Positions 52,135-62,544 of a stretch of 64,000 nucleotides of DNA are shown here, piece by piece. The DNA is from a bacterium. GTDB taxonomy: Bacteria; Patescibacteriota; Microgenomatia; UBA1400; UBA12108. Made by a program: the position numbers and the translations under genes. Below the pieces are notes generated by a model that worked only from the letters and a program-made list of their open reading frames with translations, was not told where the DNA came from and ran no database searches. Numbering within the stretch: position 1 is the stretch's first letter; every line of letters starts with the position of its first letter. The DNA is taken from assembly GCA_021788365.1 (NCBI GenBank), contig JAJYKS010000001.1, positions 3,887-67,886 of the forward strand, written 5' to 3'.

Positions 52135-53149
52135 TTTTATCCTTGCTGTGCCAAGCGTAGGCGGTTTTTATAATCGTTTCGAGATCGCTATATTTGGGAG
52201 ACCAGGACAGCTCGGAGCGCAGGCGGGAGGAGTCGGCGACCAGCTCGTTGGCGTCTCCTGGGCGGCGCGGAGCGAATTTTACTTTAATTTTTTGTGATCC
52301 TTCGACATGCTCAGGATCTATCTGAGCATAGTCAGATGCGACTTTCTCCACCATTTTTACAATCTCGAGGTTGCTGTAGCCGTGGCCAGTGCCAGCGTTA
52401 TAACACGTGGTCATAGGTAATGGGTCATTTGTCATGAGGTGGACAGCGGCGAGGCGGAAGGCCTCGGCAAGGTCAAGGACATGGATGTAATCGCGTACAC
52501 AGGTGCCGTCCGGCGTGGGGTAGTCGTTACCAAACATCTTAAACTCTTTCCCTTCCATCTGGGCTCTGATCACGCTTGGGATAATGTGCGATTCGTCGTG
52601 ATGGTCTTCCCCGAGCGAGCTATCTAAAGTAGCGCCCGCGGCATTGAAAAAGCGGATACTGATACTCCGGAAACCGTACGCCTTGTCGTACCACTTGAGG
52701 AGGCGCTCGACCGTGAGCTTTGTTTCACCATAGGGGTTCTCCGGCTCCTTGGGATCATTTTCCGGGATCGGCACGTGTACCGGATTCCCATATACTCCGG
52801 CGGTACTCGCAAAGACTAGTTTGTGCACTCCTGCACCTATCATGGACTCTATGAGTGAAAGCGATCCCAACACGTTGTTGCCGTAGTATTTCCGGGGATT
52901 GGCGACCGACTCACCCATCTGGATGTAGGCTGCAAAATGCATAACGACGTCGGGGTGAAAATTGCGTAACGTCTTGTCTAGCGTTTTTTTGTCGAGTAAG
53001 CCACCTTTCACGTACGGAATATCTTTTAATTTTGTCGGCGTGTGCGAGACAAAATGATCGTAGACCAAGACGTTGTGACCTGCCTTCTCCAGTTCTTTAG
53101 CGGTAATTGCACCGATATAGCCCGCACCGCCGGTAATTAAAATTCTCAT
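52121..53149 (-). CDS. galE: UDP-glucose 4-epimerase
   Basis: TGGAGYIG, HFAA..QMGESV, PYGETK, DYPTPDGTCVRDYIHV.DLA, RRPGD. Confidence 0.95.
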   Translation of the reverse strand: MRILITGGAGYIGAITAKELEKAGHNVLVYDHFVSHTPTKLKDIPYVKGGLLDKKTLDKTLRNFHPDVVMHFAAYIQMGESVANPRKYYGNNVLGSLSLIESMIGAGVHKLVFASTAGVYGNPVHVPIPENDPKEPENPYGETKLTVERLLKWYDKAYGFRSISIRFFNAAGATLDSSLGEDHHDESHIIPSVIRAQMEGKEFKMFGNDYPTPDGTCVRDYIHVLDLAEAFRLAAVHLMTNDPLPMTTCYNAGTGHGYSNLEIVKMVEKVASDYAQIDPEHVEGSQKIKVKFAPRRPGDANELVADSSRLRSELSWSPKYSDLETIIKTAYAWHSKDKNDNY

Positions 53150-53186
53150 TTTTTCAGTTTCCAATTTTTATTCAATTTTCAATTAA

Positions 53187-53543
53187 TCAATTTGCAAACT
53201 TGTTATATCTTCGCAAGATACAGACAAATAGTAAAGCGCTCAGGGTGTCGAGCGCCCAGTCGTACACACTCATGTGGCGGCCAGCGACGAAGGACTGGTG
53301 GATTTCGGTCGCTGCGCCGAGAGCCGAGGCGATAACCAGAGCATACCAAAATCTGGCTTTTGACTTTGAGAGTGCCAAGTAGGCGAGAACTCCCTCCATA
53401 CCGAAGAAAAAGATGTGACCGCCCTTGGAGATGACAAACTGTTCGAGCGAGTCGGGGGTGACGCGGAGATTGGGCACGCCGGTCAAGTACCACGTAAACC
53501 AAGTCCAGATGGCGAAGGCGACCCAAAATGAATACTTTTTCAT
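53187..53543 (-). CDS. VanZ-family membrane protein
   Basis: KGGHIFFFG, EIHQSFVAGRHMSVYDWALD. Confidence 0.85.
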   Translation of the reverse strand: MKKYSFWVAFAIWTWFTWYLTGVPNLRVTPDSLEQFVISKGGHIFFFGMEGVLAYLALSKSKARFWYALVIASALGAATEIHQSFVAGRHMSVYDWALDTLSALLFVCILRRYNKFAN

Positions 53544-53595
53544 AATGCTAAGTATACCGTAAGGGTTCGACCTGCCCTTCGGGTTGGGCACTTCC

Positions 53596-54432
53596 TTACA
53601 GGTCGAACCCTTTTTGGCGCTGGCGGTATTTACGGTATCCAAGGAAACCGGCTACCGATGAGAGAGAAAGTCCAGAGCCTATCTCCACTACGATTTTTGC
53701 TCGTTCGCGGTTGAGGGAGGGTGACCTATCCTGCAAGGAATCTCCTTGTAGACTGGCCGGCGTGGGGGAACTGGTAAAGGCGGAGAGATCGACAATTGCT
53801 TCCCCTGCAACCGTTCCTGATCCAGTCGCCTCAAGCTCGGGAGATGGAGACGGATATATGCTTGCCATGGGGGAGGGAGTAACTATCGGGGACGGGGTGG
53901 GGGTGGACGACGGCGAGGGAGTGGGCGAGGGAGGGGGAGAGGGCGACGGAGAGAGTGAGGGAGATGGCGAGGGGGCGGGACATGGATTTATTTCGCCGGT
54001 GTTTGTGGCTTCTCTCGTTGCGGACGAGAACCGAACCCACGGGAGTTGTCCGTCACGTTCCCGTCCGATCGATTCACCACTCCCCGGCGCACAGATTGCG
54101 TCTTCATATCCATAGCTTATACTATCCACGAGACTTGTCCCCTCTTTTTCGAATAGCTCGACAATGTCGGCGTCTCTGTTTAACTTGTTGCTAAAGCTTA
54201 TGAGCACGTACTCAGCCGAGGGTGAACCTATTTTTGTGTCGGTCGGTATTATCTTTTTGTTCCCTGCTTCGTCTTGCAAAAACCAATCGCCGATATCCGT
54301 CTCCACGTCGGCAAATAGCTCCACCCAGTCGCCGGAGCTTTCATAGGAACTCACTTCGTTTATCGATACCGCAGCAAAACTTTTTTTGCAAAAGAAAACC
54401 GTGGCAAACGCCGCCAACAGCATCCATTTCAT
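53596..54432 (-). CDS. lamin-tail-domain surface protein with (SP)n linker and C-terminal anchor
   Basis: Signal peptide, VSINEV...DWVEL...IGDWFL.D, LN..D.V.L, SIGR. Confidence 0.8.
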   Translation of the reverse strand: MKWMLLAAFATVFFCKKSFAAVSINEVSSYESSGDWVELFADVETDIGDWFLQDEAGNKKIIPTDTKIGSPSAEYVLISFSNKLNRDADIVELFEKEGTSLVDSISYGYEDAICAPGSGESIGRERDGQLPWVRFSSATREATNTGEINPCPAPSPSPSLSPSPSPPPSPTPSPSSTPTPSPIVTPSPMASIYPSPSPELEATGSGTVAGEAIVDLSAFTSSPTPASLQGDSLQDRSPSLNRERAKIVVEIGSGLSLSSVAGFLGYRKYRQRQKGFDL

Positions 54433-54460
54433 AAAAACAGTATAGCAAATTGGCTCGTTT

Positions 54461-55390
54461 TTATTTACAGGTTTTCGAGCAGTATGCCGGGCTATTACGC
54501 CTCCAGCCACATCGTAGGTTACAGATATACGTGCTTATGGGCCTCGTAATTATAGTGAGAATGGGTGGGCGGGGTGTCGGAGTTGGGGTGGGGGTGCGGG
54601 TGGGTACGGGAGTCGGTGTGGGACAAACTACAGTCTGGGAACAGGAGCCGCCGACAGCACAGACATTTTGGTAATAGCAGCCCTGGGGAAGTGGTTTGAC
54701 CGTGGGCACGGGGATCGCTGTCGGCACCGGGCACACGACTTGTGCGGGGCATGGTGCTTGAATACATTGGACTTCTTTTAGGTAACAGTTTGGTGGGATG
54801 GGTGAGGGTGAAGGCTTGAGCGAAGGAATCGGGGTAGCAGTCGGCATGATTGACGGTGCCGGGCACATATCAGGGGTCACCGGAATTAGGCATCGAGGGA
54901 TGGTATCTAGACACGCCGGGCGGGGTGTACATGTGGCAACGGGAGTGGAGGTGGGCGTCGGCACCGGTGTAGGAATTGGTGAGGGCACTGCGCAGCTTGA
55001 GCGGCACGACTGTTGCGCATTCGCCAGTGCCTGACTAATGTCGGTGCATACCCCCAAGGCTTGGACGGTGCTGTAGTTCCCTGAGGTTGTGCCACAAGAA
55101 TATGAGTATGTGCGGAAACTCGTACCGCCACAATAATCGCTCGCATTGAAGTTGGTTATGTTTTGGTTACACGTTATCGGCGACGGAACCGGCACACTTG
55201 AGCCGATGGGCGGAGTGACCGGAACTGGCCCTCCCTCGCTAACGTAGGCGATACGGGCTGGACGGGTGAATAAAAAATATCCGCCGAAAGCGATCGCGAT
55301 AATAGCCACGATGACGAGCGCTAGTTTTCCTGCGAGCGGGACGCGTCGTCTTGGGACCGCAGCTGATGGCAATAATTCTTGTTCATTCAT
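54461..55390 (-). CDS. Pro/Thr/Cys-rich membrane-anchored protein
   Basis: N-terminal TM; small Cys modules (CTPRPACLD, CIQAPCP) separated by PT linkers. Confidence 0.75.
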   Translation of the reverse strand: MNEQELLPSAAVPRRRVPLAGKLALVIVAIIAIAFGGYFLFTRPARIAYVSEGGPVPVTPPIGSSVPVPSPITCNQNITNFNASDYCGGTSFRTYSYSCGTTSGNYSTVQALGVCTDISQALANAQQSCRSSCAVPSPIPTPVPTPTSTPVATCTPRPACLDTIPRCLIPVTPDMCPAPSIMPTATPIPSLKPSPSPIPPNCYLKEVQCIQAPCPAQVVCPVPTAIPVPTVKPLPQGCYYQNVCAVGGSCSQTVVCPTPTPVPTRTPTPTPTPRPPILTIITRPISTYICNLRCGWRRNSPAYCSKTCK

Positions 55391-55419
55391 ACGATAGTAA
55401 TCATAGTAGAATGAAAACT

Positions 55420-56601
55420 ATGCGTACGTCAAGTAGGCCAGTACAGTGGTATATGGCCTTTGGATTTTTAGCCACCCCCCTATTCTTTTGGCCAACATAT
55501 TTTTCACCATACGAGCCACCAAAAGTTTGGTTTCTAGCGCTGTGGGTGGTCGGTGCACTGGGGCTTACACTACTCAACCACTACGGCCGCGACAATAGCA
55601 ATCGACTATTAGCCTGGCTCATTTTTGGGCTTTTTGCAGAGTTAACTATCACTTCGCTCGTGAGTGGTAGATTTTTTACTAGCGTATGGGGGAACCCATA
55701 TCGAATGGACGGGTTGATCGCACTTGCAGCGCTCGTCGTACTGGCGTTTATAGTTGCGCTCATTTGGAACGGTAAACTGGGAGAAAAAATCATAATGGCG
55801 ATCGCCATAGCTACCGGAGTTCTTTCGTTGTGGGCGGTGGGGGCGACATTTTATTCAGCACTCGTACCTGCTTCCGCATGGTGGCAGGGACGGGTGGCGT
55901 TGTCGTTCGGCAATCCTACGGCACTGTCCGGATATTTAGGAGTAAGTTTACCCTTTAGTTACTACGCCTATAAACATTTTTTTGAGAAACGCCGCACCCT
56001 CCGAGGAGCGTTACTTATACAGATAGCGGCGATTATTCTTACTCGGACGATTGGAGGGCTATTGTGCTTGGCGTTGTTCGGCATTTATCTGTTTCGTCAT
56101 CGTCTTTCGCGAGCGATCCTGATTATCATCTTTGGTATAGCCATTGCTGCGGCTCTCGGGTTTTATGAATACTTTTCTGTGCGTGTCCGAAATCCCGGAT
56201 ATATCGTTGCGGAAGACCGAGCACGGATACTTATGAAGGGGGTAATCGCTATTGCCGACAGACCGGTTTGGGGTTGGGGATGGGCACAGTTTTCCCGTGC
56301 GTTTAGCACAATCGATTGGCCAACTCATTACAATGTCGACGCGATGGTAGATCGGCCACATTCCAGTCTGCTGGATATGGGAGTTTCCGGGGGGATACCG
56401 GCGCTTGTTATATATGTGACGATACTGGCTATCAGTTTGGTAACGCTGGTCAAGCGACAAAATTTTCTTTGCACTACACTGGCTATGGTATTAATTATGT
56501 ACGTTGTACAAAGCCAAACCAACATCACATCAGTTGCGGAAGATATGCTTGCATGGTTTGTCATAGGGGTAGCACTTAGTTATAAATTTTCGCTTGGATG
56601 A
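55420..56601 (+). CDS. O-antigen ligase/Wzy_C-family membrane protein
   Basis: SFGNP..L, R..L, DRPVWGWG, DRPHS; multi-TM. Start 55411 or 55420. Confidence 0.85.
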   Translation: MRTSSRPVQWYMAFGFLATPLFFWPTYFSPYEPPKVWFLALWVVGALGLTLLNHYGRDNSNRLLAWLIFGLFAELTITSLVSGRFFTSVWGNPYRMDGLIALAALVVLAFIVALIWNGKLGEKIIMAIAIATGVLSLWAVGATFYSALVPASAWWQGRVALSFGNPTALSGYLGVSLPFSYYAYKHFFEKRRTLRGALLIQIAAIILTRTIGGLLCLALFGIYLFRHRLSRAILIIIFGIAIAAALGFYEYFSVRVRNPGYIVAEDRARILMKGVIAIADRPVWGWGWAQFSRAFSTIDWPTHYNVDAMVDRPHSSLLDMGVSGGIPALVIYVTILAISLVTLVKRQNFLCTTLAMVLIMYVVQSQTNITSVAEDMLAWFVIGVALSYKFSLG

Positions 56602-57832
56602 TGGCCCACGTGCTGTAGTGATCTTTTAGCGATACGTTCATGGCTCCTGGGTATTCAGGATCGTTGATCTTAAAGCTGTCTCCATCTACCGAACGCAAAA
56701 CCACCCAGTGATCGGAGTAGTGGGTGGGCGCAGGTCCGCCATTCATTGATAAGCCGGCTATTACCACTTTGCCGGAGTTTAGCGCGTCACGAAGGCTCTG
56801 CATGCTAGGGTTATTTACATCGGTCGCGTTATGGCCATTGGCAGACGGGCCGGGACTATTGAAAAGGGCGGTTATTGAGTAAAAATTACTTGAGTTGGTT
56901 GCGACATCTGAGGGAATGAGTGAGCCGCCGTAGTGAGAGACGACCATCGTGTAGGATGTAACCAGACATCCAACCCGAGCTATCGTACACGGACCACCAC
57001 AGTCATTGCTACCGTTGATGACTACATTTCCCCAATTGGCATCTCTCTGGTTGAAGTACTTGCCCCAGCTGTCTGACAAATCTTGGTGTGGCAGTAGCGA
57101 GACACCGACTGACTCGGCATAGTTTGAGAGGGCTGCCAGCTGCGCCTGGGCGGTCGAGAGGAGTTTTTGGTATTGTGATTCACTATTTTTTGTGGCCGTA
57201 AGAAGTTGGTTTTTGGTCGCGACCTGGTTGGCAAGGTCTGCCTGTTGATTATCCAGTTTTCGTTTTGCTGCCACGATCTGTGCTTGCAATGCTTCCTTTT
57301 GCGATTTTTGCGTGTTGTAATCGAGGCGCGCTGATTCAAGTTGCAGGAGTAGCTCCTGGTCATGGTCGCGTACACGTTTGGCGTATTCTAGGTTGCGGAT
57401 GAGATCGGGTATCCCCCCTGCTTCTGCGACAATGGTGAGCGGGCCATCAGCTTTGTACATATAGGTTTCGCGGACACGGACGACAAACAACTTTGTCAGA
57501 TCTGTGAGGGAATAATCGAGGCTCTCTATTTTGCCAGAAAGGTCAGTAATCTCGAGGTTTAGCGATTTTAGTTCTTGCTGGGTTTCGTATATTTGCGCTT
57601 GTGTCAGGCTAATTTGATTGTTTAGGTACGCGATAGCCGATGCAAGCGTTTTTTGCTGACCCTGACTGTCGGCGATTTTATTTTTACAATCGGTAATGTA
57701 ATCCCGCAAAACGCCAGGTGGGGCGCCGGTTGGATCCTCGCCACAGACGAGTGCATACGCGGGGCTCGAAACAGCGCGCAGCACACCGAACACAGCGAGT
57801 GAGAATACGATAGCAAACAAATACTTTTTCAT
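56576..57832 (-). CDS. PcsB/CwlO-like coiled-coil protein with C-terminal C39-like peptidase
   Basis: Signal peptide, long coiled coil, YFNQRD..W, GCLVTS, HWVV, INDP. Confidence 0.8.
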   Translation of the reverse strand: MKKYLFAIVFSLAVFGVLRAVSSPAYALVCGEDPTGAPPGVLRDYITDCKNKIADSQGQQKTLASAIAYLNNQISLTQAQIYETQQELKSLNLEITDLSGKIESLDYSLTDLTKLFVVRVRETYMYKADGPLTIVAEAGGIPDLIRNLEYAKRVRDHDQELLLQLESARLDYNTQKSQKEALQAQIVAAKRKLDNQQADLANQVATKNQLLTATKNSESQYQKLLSTAQAQLAALSNYAESVGVSLLPHQDLSDSWGKYFNQRDANWGNVVINGSNDCGGPCTIARVGCLVTSYTMVVSHYGGSLIPSDVATNSSNFYSITALFNSPGPSANGHNATDVNNPSMQSLRDALNSGKVVIAGLSMNGGPAPTHYSDHWVVLRSVDGDSFKINDPEYPGAMNVSLKDHYSTWAIIQAKIYN

Positions 57833-58698
57833 CTTCCGTAACGGCGGGTCGCGATCATGCTGGCAAAGCCGCCCAATAGTATCCCCAACACTAATTCTCC
57901 CCCCAGCAGTGCGCCCATAATCCACAGTGGCACCGGCAAAAGCGGGATACCCTGGAGGAATGAGGCAAGAGGCGGCGTTGCATACAGGAGCGAAACGTAC
58001 GCGGCTCCCCAGCCCATCCCGGCACCAATAAGTCCATAGGCAATCCCCTCAAGAACAAACGGCCCGCGGATATACCACGAGGTTGCACCCAAGAGTGATA
58101 ATGTTTTAATCTCGGCACGACGGGCGGTGAACTTTAATCCTAGGATGACCACAATGGTCACGAGGGAAGCAAAAAGAAGTAATCCGGAGAGCACCACTCC
58201 AGCTATACGCACACCGTTTACCCACTTGGTCAAGGTGTCTACGACGTCTTTTTGGAATACCACTTCCTCGACCGTTGTATCTTTTTGCATAACTGTGGCG
58301 ATGGGCTCCAGATCTGTTGCGTTTTTAGCTGAAACTTCGAGGCTGGCGGGGAGGATGTCCGCTGTCACCATCTCTAGGAGTAGCGGGTTGTCTTTATTTT
58401 GCTCTTTGTAGATTTGTAGGGCCTGATCCTTGGAAATATAGTTCATGCTTTCGACAGTGCCGAGCGCAGAAACCGATGTTTTTAGCGTCTCTACGTCCGC
58501 TGCAGTTGCGCTATCTTTAAAAAATGCCGTGACCTGTGGGCGCGACTCAAAATAGGTGAGCATGCCGTGTGCACCCATGACAACCAGAGCAAAAACGCTC
58601 ACAACAAAAAAGGTAATCGTTGTCAGCACAGCCGCCGCAATGGACTGGTACGGCGAACGGCGCATGTGTTTTAAGGTGGTTCCTAGCTTACGACTCAT
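57829..58698 (-). CDS. ftsX: cell-division permease FtsX
   Basis: YISKDQAL, LPASLEV, RRAEI..L.LLGAT..YIRGPF.LEG. Confidence 0.93.
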   Translation of the reverse strand: MSRKLGTTLKHMRRSPYQSIAAAVLTTITFFVVSVFALVVMGAHGMLTYFESRPQVTAFFKDSATAADVETLKTSVSALGTVESMNYISKDQALQIYKEQNKDNPLLLEMVTADILPASLEVSAKNATDLEPIATVMQKDTTVEEVVFQKDVVDTLTKWVNGVRIAGVVLSGLLLFASLVTIVVILGLKFTARRAEIKTLSLLGATSWYIRGPFVLEGIAYGLIGAGMGWGAAYVSLLYATPPLASFLQGIPLLPVPLWIMGALLGGELVLGILLGGFASMIATRRYGR

Positions 58699-59377
58699 GG
58701 TGCTCCTTTTTACCCACGTCTTTAACAAGTGCTCCTTTGTCAAATTGTAGCCGGCGTAGTTTACGATTTTTAATGAGTTCAAGGTCGTGAGTTGCCATTA
58801 AGACTGTTGTCCCTTGGCTGTTAATATCTCCCAAAAGCTCAATTATGCTCATGGCAGTATGTCCGTCAAGATTACCCGTTGGCTCGTCGGCGAAGAGAAT
58901 CTTAGGCTGGGGAGCGAGTGCACGGGCTATCGCCACCCGCTGCATCTCGCCGCCGGAGAGCTGCACGGGAAAATCGCTCTCTTTTCCGGATAAACCGGTC
59001 AACTCCAAGAGTTCGTTGCGACGCTTTATAGCGGTCTCATCCTCTAACCCCAAAATATCGAGCGCCAAATCGATATTCTCGGCAACCGTTCTATCCATGA
59101 GCAGCTTGAAGTCTTGGAATACAACGCCAATTTTGCGACGTAGGAGGGGGATATCACGAGATTTTAGGGTAGCGAGATTTATGCCGTCTATTTCTATCAC
59201 ACCAGATGAAGGCGTAAAATCTCTGATCATGGCGCGCATAACACTTGTTTTGCCAGCGCCAGACGCTCCCTCGACGATCACAAATTCTCCTGGCTCCACC
59301 GCAAAGCTAACATCATTGAGAGCCACCGTGCCATTACCGTATTTTTTCGTAACGTTTGTAAAGACTATCATACTCAT
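58688..59377 (-). CDS. ftsE: cell-division ATPase FtsE
   Basis: GASGAGKT, LRRKIGVVFQDFKLL, LSGGEMQR, ADEPTGNLD. Confidence 0.95.
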   Translation of the reverse strand: MSMIVFTNVTKKYGNGTVALNDVSFAVEPGEFVIVEGASGAGKTSVMRAMIRDFTPSSGVIEIDGINLATLKSRDIPLLRRKIGVVFQDFKLLMDRTVAENIDLALDILGLEDETAIKRRNELLELTGLSGKESDFPVQLSGGEMQRVAIARALAPQPKILFADEPTGNLDGHTAMSIIELLGDINSQGTTVLMATHDLELIKNRKLRRLQFDKGALVKDVGKKEHHES

Positions 59378-59422
59378 TTGACGTGCCTTGCGTGAACACG
59401 TGACACGTGCACACGAAACGAT

Positions 59423-59992
59423 TTATTCTGGCTGGCCGCTGGTGGACGGCGAATCTGCCGGAGCGGCGTTGAGCTCTAGAACTTTTAGTTTACCTACGTC
59501 CATGAGCCAGCCTGCTTTCTTACCGGTGTTGGTTTGACCCCATACGTGGACAGAATCACCGACAAACATATCGAGATCGACCACCGAGGAAGTGAGATAG
59601 ACCCACTGTGAAGCGTTTGCGCCGCGAACTAAGTGATGCGTCCCTTCGCCGCCGATACCACCTTTTTGGAGTACGCCTTCCACTTCATCCTTAAACGTTG
59701 TCGTGTCGTTGGTGCCAAAGGTGTCGCCGACGTGGATACTACCCTGGCTACTTGGGTTTTGCTGCAAGGCACTTGTTCCTGGTGCAACGGCGGCAGTACC
59801 GAGGCGACTCTTGGCAAAAAGGAATCCGGAAGTGGCACCAGCGACCACCCCAACAATAATCGCGATTATGAGAATTTTGCCTGTATTAGCCGACTTTGCG
59901 ACTGGTTCGACCGACTCCATAGGGGAAACCTCCTTCACTTGGGGAGCTGTGGTCCCCTCCTCTTGTAGATTGATTTGCTTGAGTTCGTCCAT
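59423..59992 (-). CDS. hypothetical membrane-anchored protein
   Basis: GGAGG SD, single TM, beta-rich C-domain (EGTHHL...YLTSSVVDL...GWLMDVG). Confidence 0.7.
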   Translation of the reverse strand: MDELKQINLQEEGTTAPQVKEVSPMESVEPVAKSANTGKILIIAIIVGVVAGATSGFLFAKSRLGTAAVAPGTSALQQNPSSQGSIHVGDTFGTNDTTTFKDEVEGVLQKGGIGGEGTHHLVRGANASQWVYLTSSVVDLDMFVGDSVHVWGQTNTGKKAGWLMDVGKLKVLELNAAPADSPSTSGQPE

Positions 59993-60047
59993 ACACATGC
60001 CTCCGACGAAATATACGACCATTTCACTATACCATAGCCAGCGAAAT

Positions 60048-61091
60048 TTAAGAGAGCAACTTGAGCTCGGCTTGGATAAATCCATCGAGGTCACCATCTA
60101 GTACTGCATCGGCACTCGACGTCTCGTATCCTGTTCTCACGTCTTTTACCAGTTTGTAGGGGTGCAGCACATAGGAACGGATCTGATTACCAAAACTTGC
60201 CAGCTTGTGTTCACCCCGCTCTTCGGCTAGCTCGCGGCCCTTTTTGTCTTCTTCGATTTCCCATAGTTTGGCTTTGAGACGCGCGAGGGCTTTTTGACGG
60301 TTGCGCTCCTGATAGCGCTCCTCGGTACAGACAACGGCTATGCCGGTTGGCTTGTGAATGAGACGTACTGCTGTCGAGACCTTGTTCACATTTTGGCCGC
60401 CGTGTCCCCCTGCGCGGAAAAACTGCCACTCCAAGTCCTCGTCTTTTACCTGGACATCCGCATCCTCCTCCTCAACGGCTGGTGTTACCTCTACAAGTGA
60501 GAAACTGGTCTGGCGGAGGTTGTCGGCGTTAAAGGGTGAGAGGCGTACCAAACGGTGGGTTCCCGACTCGCGTTTTAGCATCCCGTACGAATTCTTGCCC
60601 TTGAAGCGAACCGAGACGGATTTTAACCCCGCCTCGTCTCCCGGCGTCTCTTCCAATACTTCGTAGCCCCACCCCTGCCGTTCACCGTAGCGCATATACA
60701 TGCGATAGAGGATACCCGACCAATCCATGGCCTCGGTGCCACCTGCACCAGCGTGAATACTCAGAATGGCTTCGAGGCCGTCATAGCGCCCCGAGAGGTA
60801 TGTCGCGAGCTCGAGCTTGCCCAAGGCCGATTCGGCGATGGCCGTGTATTTGTCCACGTCCTCACCAAGCTCTGCGGCAGTCTCCGCGTCGCCGATTACC
60901 CCCTCGACATGTTTGACACTGTCTAGGGTTTCGTCTATTTCTGACAAGCGTTGGCTTTTCTTTTGTGCGTCCGGACGACCCCAGAAATCACCCTCGGCCA
61001 TCTCGGCGAGGAGCGCGTTTTTTTCCACCGATAGATCGGCGAGACGTAGTTTGGTTCTTATCGCGTCTAAGCGACTCTGAAAATCGATCAT
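60048..61091 (-). CDS. prfB: peptide chain release factor 2, no programmed frameshift
   Basis: SPF tripeptide, [13 protein letters not shown]; continuous frame from ATG 61091. Confidence 0.96.
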   Translation of the reverse strand: MIDFQSRLDAIRTKLRLADLSVEKNALLAEMAEGDFWGRPDAQKKSQRLSEIDETLDSVKHVEGVIGDAETAAELGEDVDKYTAIAESALGKLELATYLSGRYDGLEAILSIHAGAGGTEAMDWSGILYRMYMRYGERQGWGYEVLEETPGDEAGLKSVSVRFKGKNSYGMLKRESGTHRLVRLSPFNADNLRQTSFSLVEVTPAVEEEDADVQVKDEDLEWQFFRAGGHGGQNVNKVSTAVRLIHKPTGIAVVCTEERYQERNRQKALARLKAKLWEIEEDKKGRELAEERGEHKLASFGNQIRSYVLHPYKLVKDVRTGYETSSADAVLDGDLDGFIQAELKLLS

Positions 61092-61136
61092 GAGCGTATT
61101 GTAACAGCCTATAGACACTAGGTGTAGAATTTTCCC

Positions 61137-61358
61137 ATGGTCAATGCCGTGAGTGAGAATATGCATGGTAAGCCACCGGGTTTTTATCTTGGGTTTTATG
61201 GTACCAAAGAAGGTGACCTGATTGGTGGTACATTTATTCCACTCGCCGGTCCTGAGGATACACCAGATAGTTTTGTGCTAGGAACGGCCTCAACGATGGC
61301 GGTGGTTGCATCGCTTGTCGAATGGGATGGTACGAACCTGTCCCCTGTAGATACGTAA
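61137..61358 (+). CDS. small hypothetical protein (73 aa)
   Basis: Fills the gap divergent from prfB; has the TAGAAT-N6-ATG start signature seen at real genes here. Confidence 0.5.
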   Translation: MVNAVSENMHGKPPGFYLGFYGTKEGDLIGGTFIPLAGPEDTPDSFVLGTASTMAVVASLVEWDGTNLSPVDT

Positions 61359-61367
61359 GCTATAGAG

Positions 61368-61436
61368 AGATTTTTTTCACTCGGTCGATATTCTCTTTAT
61401 CTGGACCTGTACCTTCGATCCCGGGGACTTCGAGGA
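61368..61436. repeat. 69-bp direct repeat, copy of the nfo 3' end
   Basis: Identical to 62556-62624. Confidence 0.95.
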
Positions 61437-61461
61437 AAAGTAACTGACTTACCTGGAAGCA

Positions 61462-62496
61462 TTAAACTGTGATCTCAATTTTCCCAGGAATGTTTACACT
61501 ACCAAACATATCAAACTCTTTGGCACCAAGCTTCTTTAGTAGATTCATGTCATTTTCAGCCAGGTCTGGCCTTCCGATTAGCGTTTGATTGGTCTTATCC
61601 ACTAAATTATACATGCTCGAAGATACTGCTCCCGTAAATTTATACCTATTGTCATCGGAATATATGCTCATGATCCTTGCCGAGTCTTCGCTTGAGAGGC
61701 CAAAACTTTTAAGCGTTTTTTCGGCCATATCATGAGATCTGTAAAATTGGTCGAACATCGTATCTGCAACTTTTCCTGTTGCTTCTGCAGCTTTTTCATC
61801 CAGGCCCATTCCAAAATCTAATTGCCAATAGTATCTATCTGTCGCAGTGATGCTTAATCCTTGCTCGAATGCAACACGTTCTAAATACTCGTCTCTAGAG
61901 ACAATTGTTGCTTCTGTTGTACGAAGCGTATATTTTGCCCCCCCAAACGCATTATAATTTTCCTCTGAAAGACTTAGCCATTCCCGAGCGTCTAGGCCTA
62001 CTTCTAGCCCCGTATCGCCTTCCATCTGTCTCAATGCCATCTTAGTGAATCTATCGTACATTTCGGGGGGAATTTTCTTTTGACCACTTACATAATCTCT
62101 TATATTGGCTATCGCTGTGGATATTAATACTCCAACAAAAGCCTCCGGATTGGTTTTTGCTGGTTTTTCCAACAAGAAAGAAATGTCAAAAGGCCGACCA
62201 TCACCGTATAAATAATGTTCCATTGTCAGGCCGGCACCACCAAGCCCCATCTCTTTACTATATTTAGCCGTAGTTTCTGCAAATAGCCAAACCATAGCCA
62301 GTTTTCGTGAATCGAGTATTCTTTGTGGATCTCTACTCATTTCGGCACTAGCTAGTTCCTTTATTACTTTTAAGCCGTTAATAACATGAGGATCTCCTGC
62401 CATTTTTTCTGCTTGGATGCCTAAGAACGCGGCGCCTACAGCTAGGCTACTTACCTTTAAGAAATCTCTGCGTGAAAATTTTTTTGTTTCTGACAT
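61462..62496 (-). CDS. hypothetical protein with twin-arginine-like signal
   Basis: SRRDFLK followed by a hydrophobic stretch; visibly AT-richer than neighbouring genes. Confidence 0.75.
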   Translation of the reverse strand: MSETKKFSRRDFLKVSSLAVGAAFLGIQAEKMAGDPHVINGLKVIKELASAEMSRDPQRILDSRKLAMVWLFAETTAKYSKEMGLGGAGLTMEHYLYGDGRPFDISFLLEKPAKTNPEAFVGVLISTAIANIRDYVSGQKKIPPEMYDRFTKMALRQMEGDTGLEVGLDAREWLSLSEENYNAFGGAKYTLRTTEATIVSRDEYLERVAFEQGLSITATDRYYWQLDFGMGLDEKAAEATGKVADTMFDQFYRSHDMAEKTLKSFGLSSEDSARIMSIYSDDNRYKFTGAVSSSMYNLVDKTNQTLIGRPDLAENDMNLLKKLGAKEFDMFGSVNIPGKIEITV

Positions 62497-62544
62497 TGGT
62501 AGAATTCTATCTTATCTGCGTCAAAATATTAATAGGAATACCTG

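Noticed and set aside
60048-61166. Programmed +1 frameshift in prfB, or UGA recoding (genetic code 25)
   Set aside because: prfB is one continuous frame, and genes end normally at TGA (for example rmlB and the 36295 ORF) with RF2 present.
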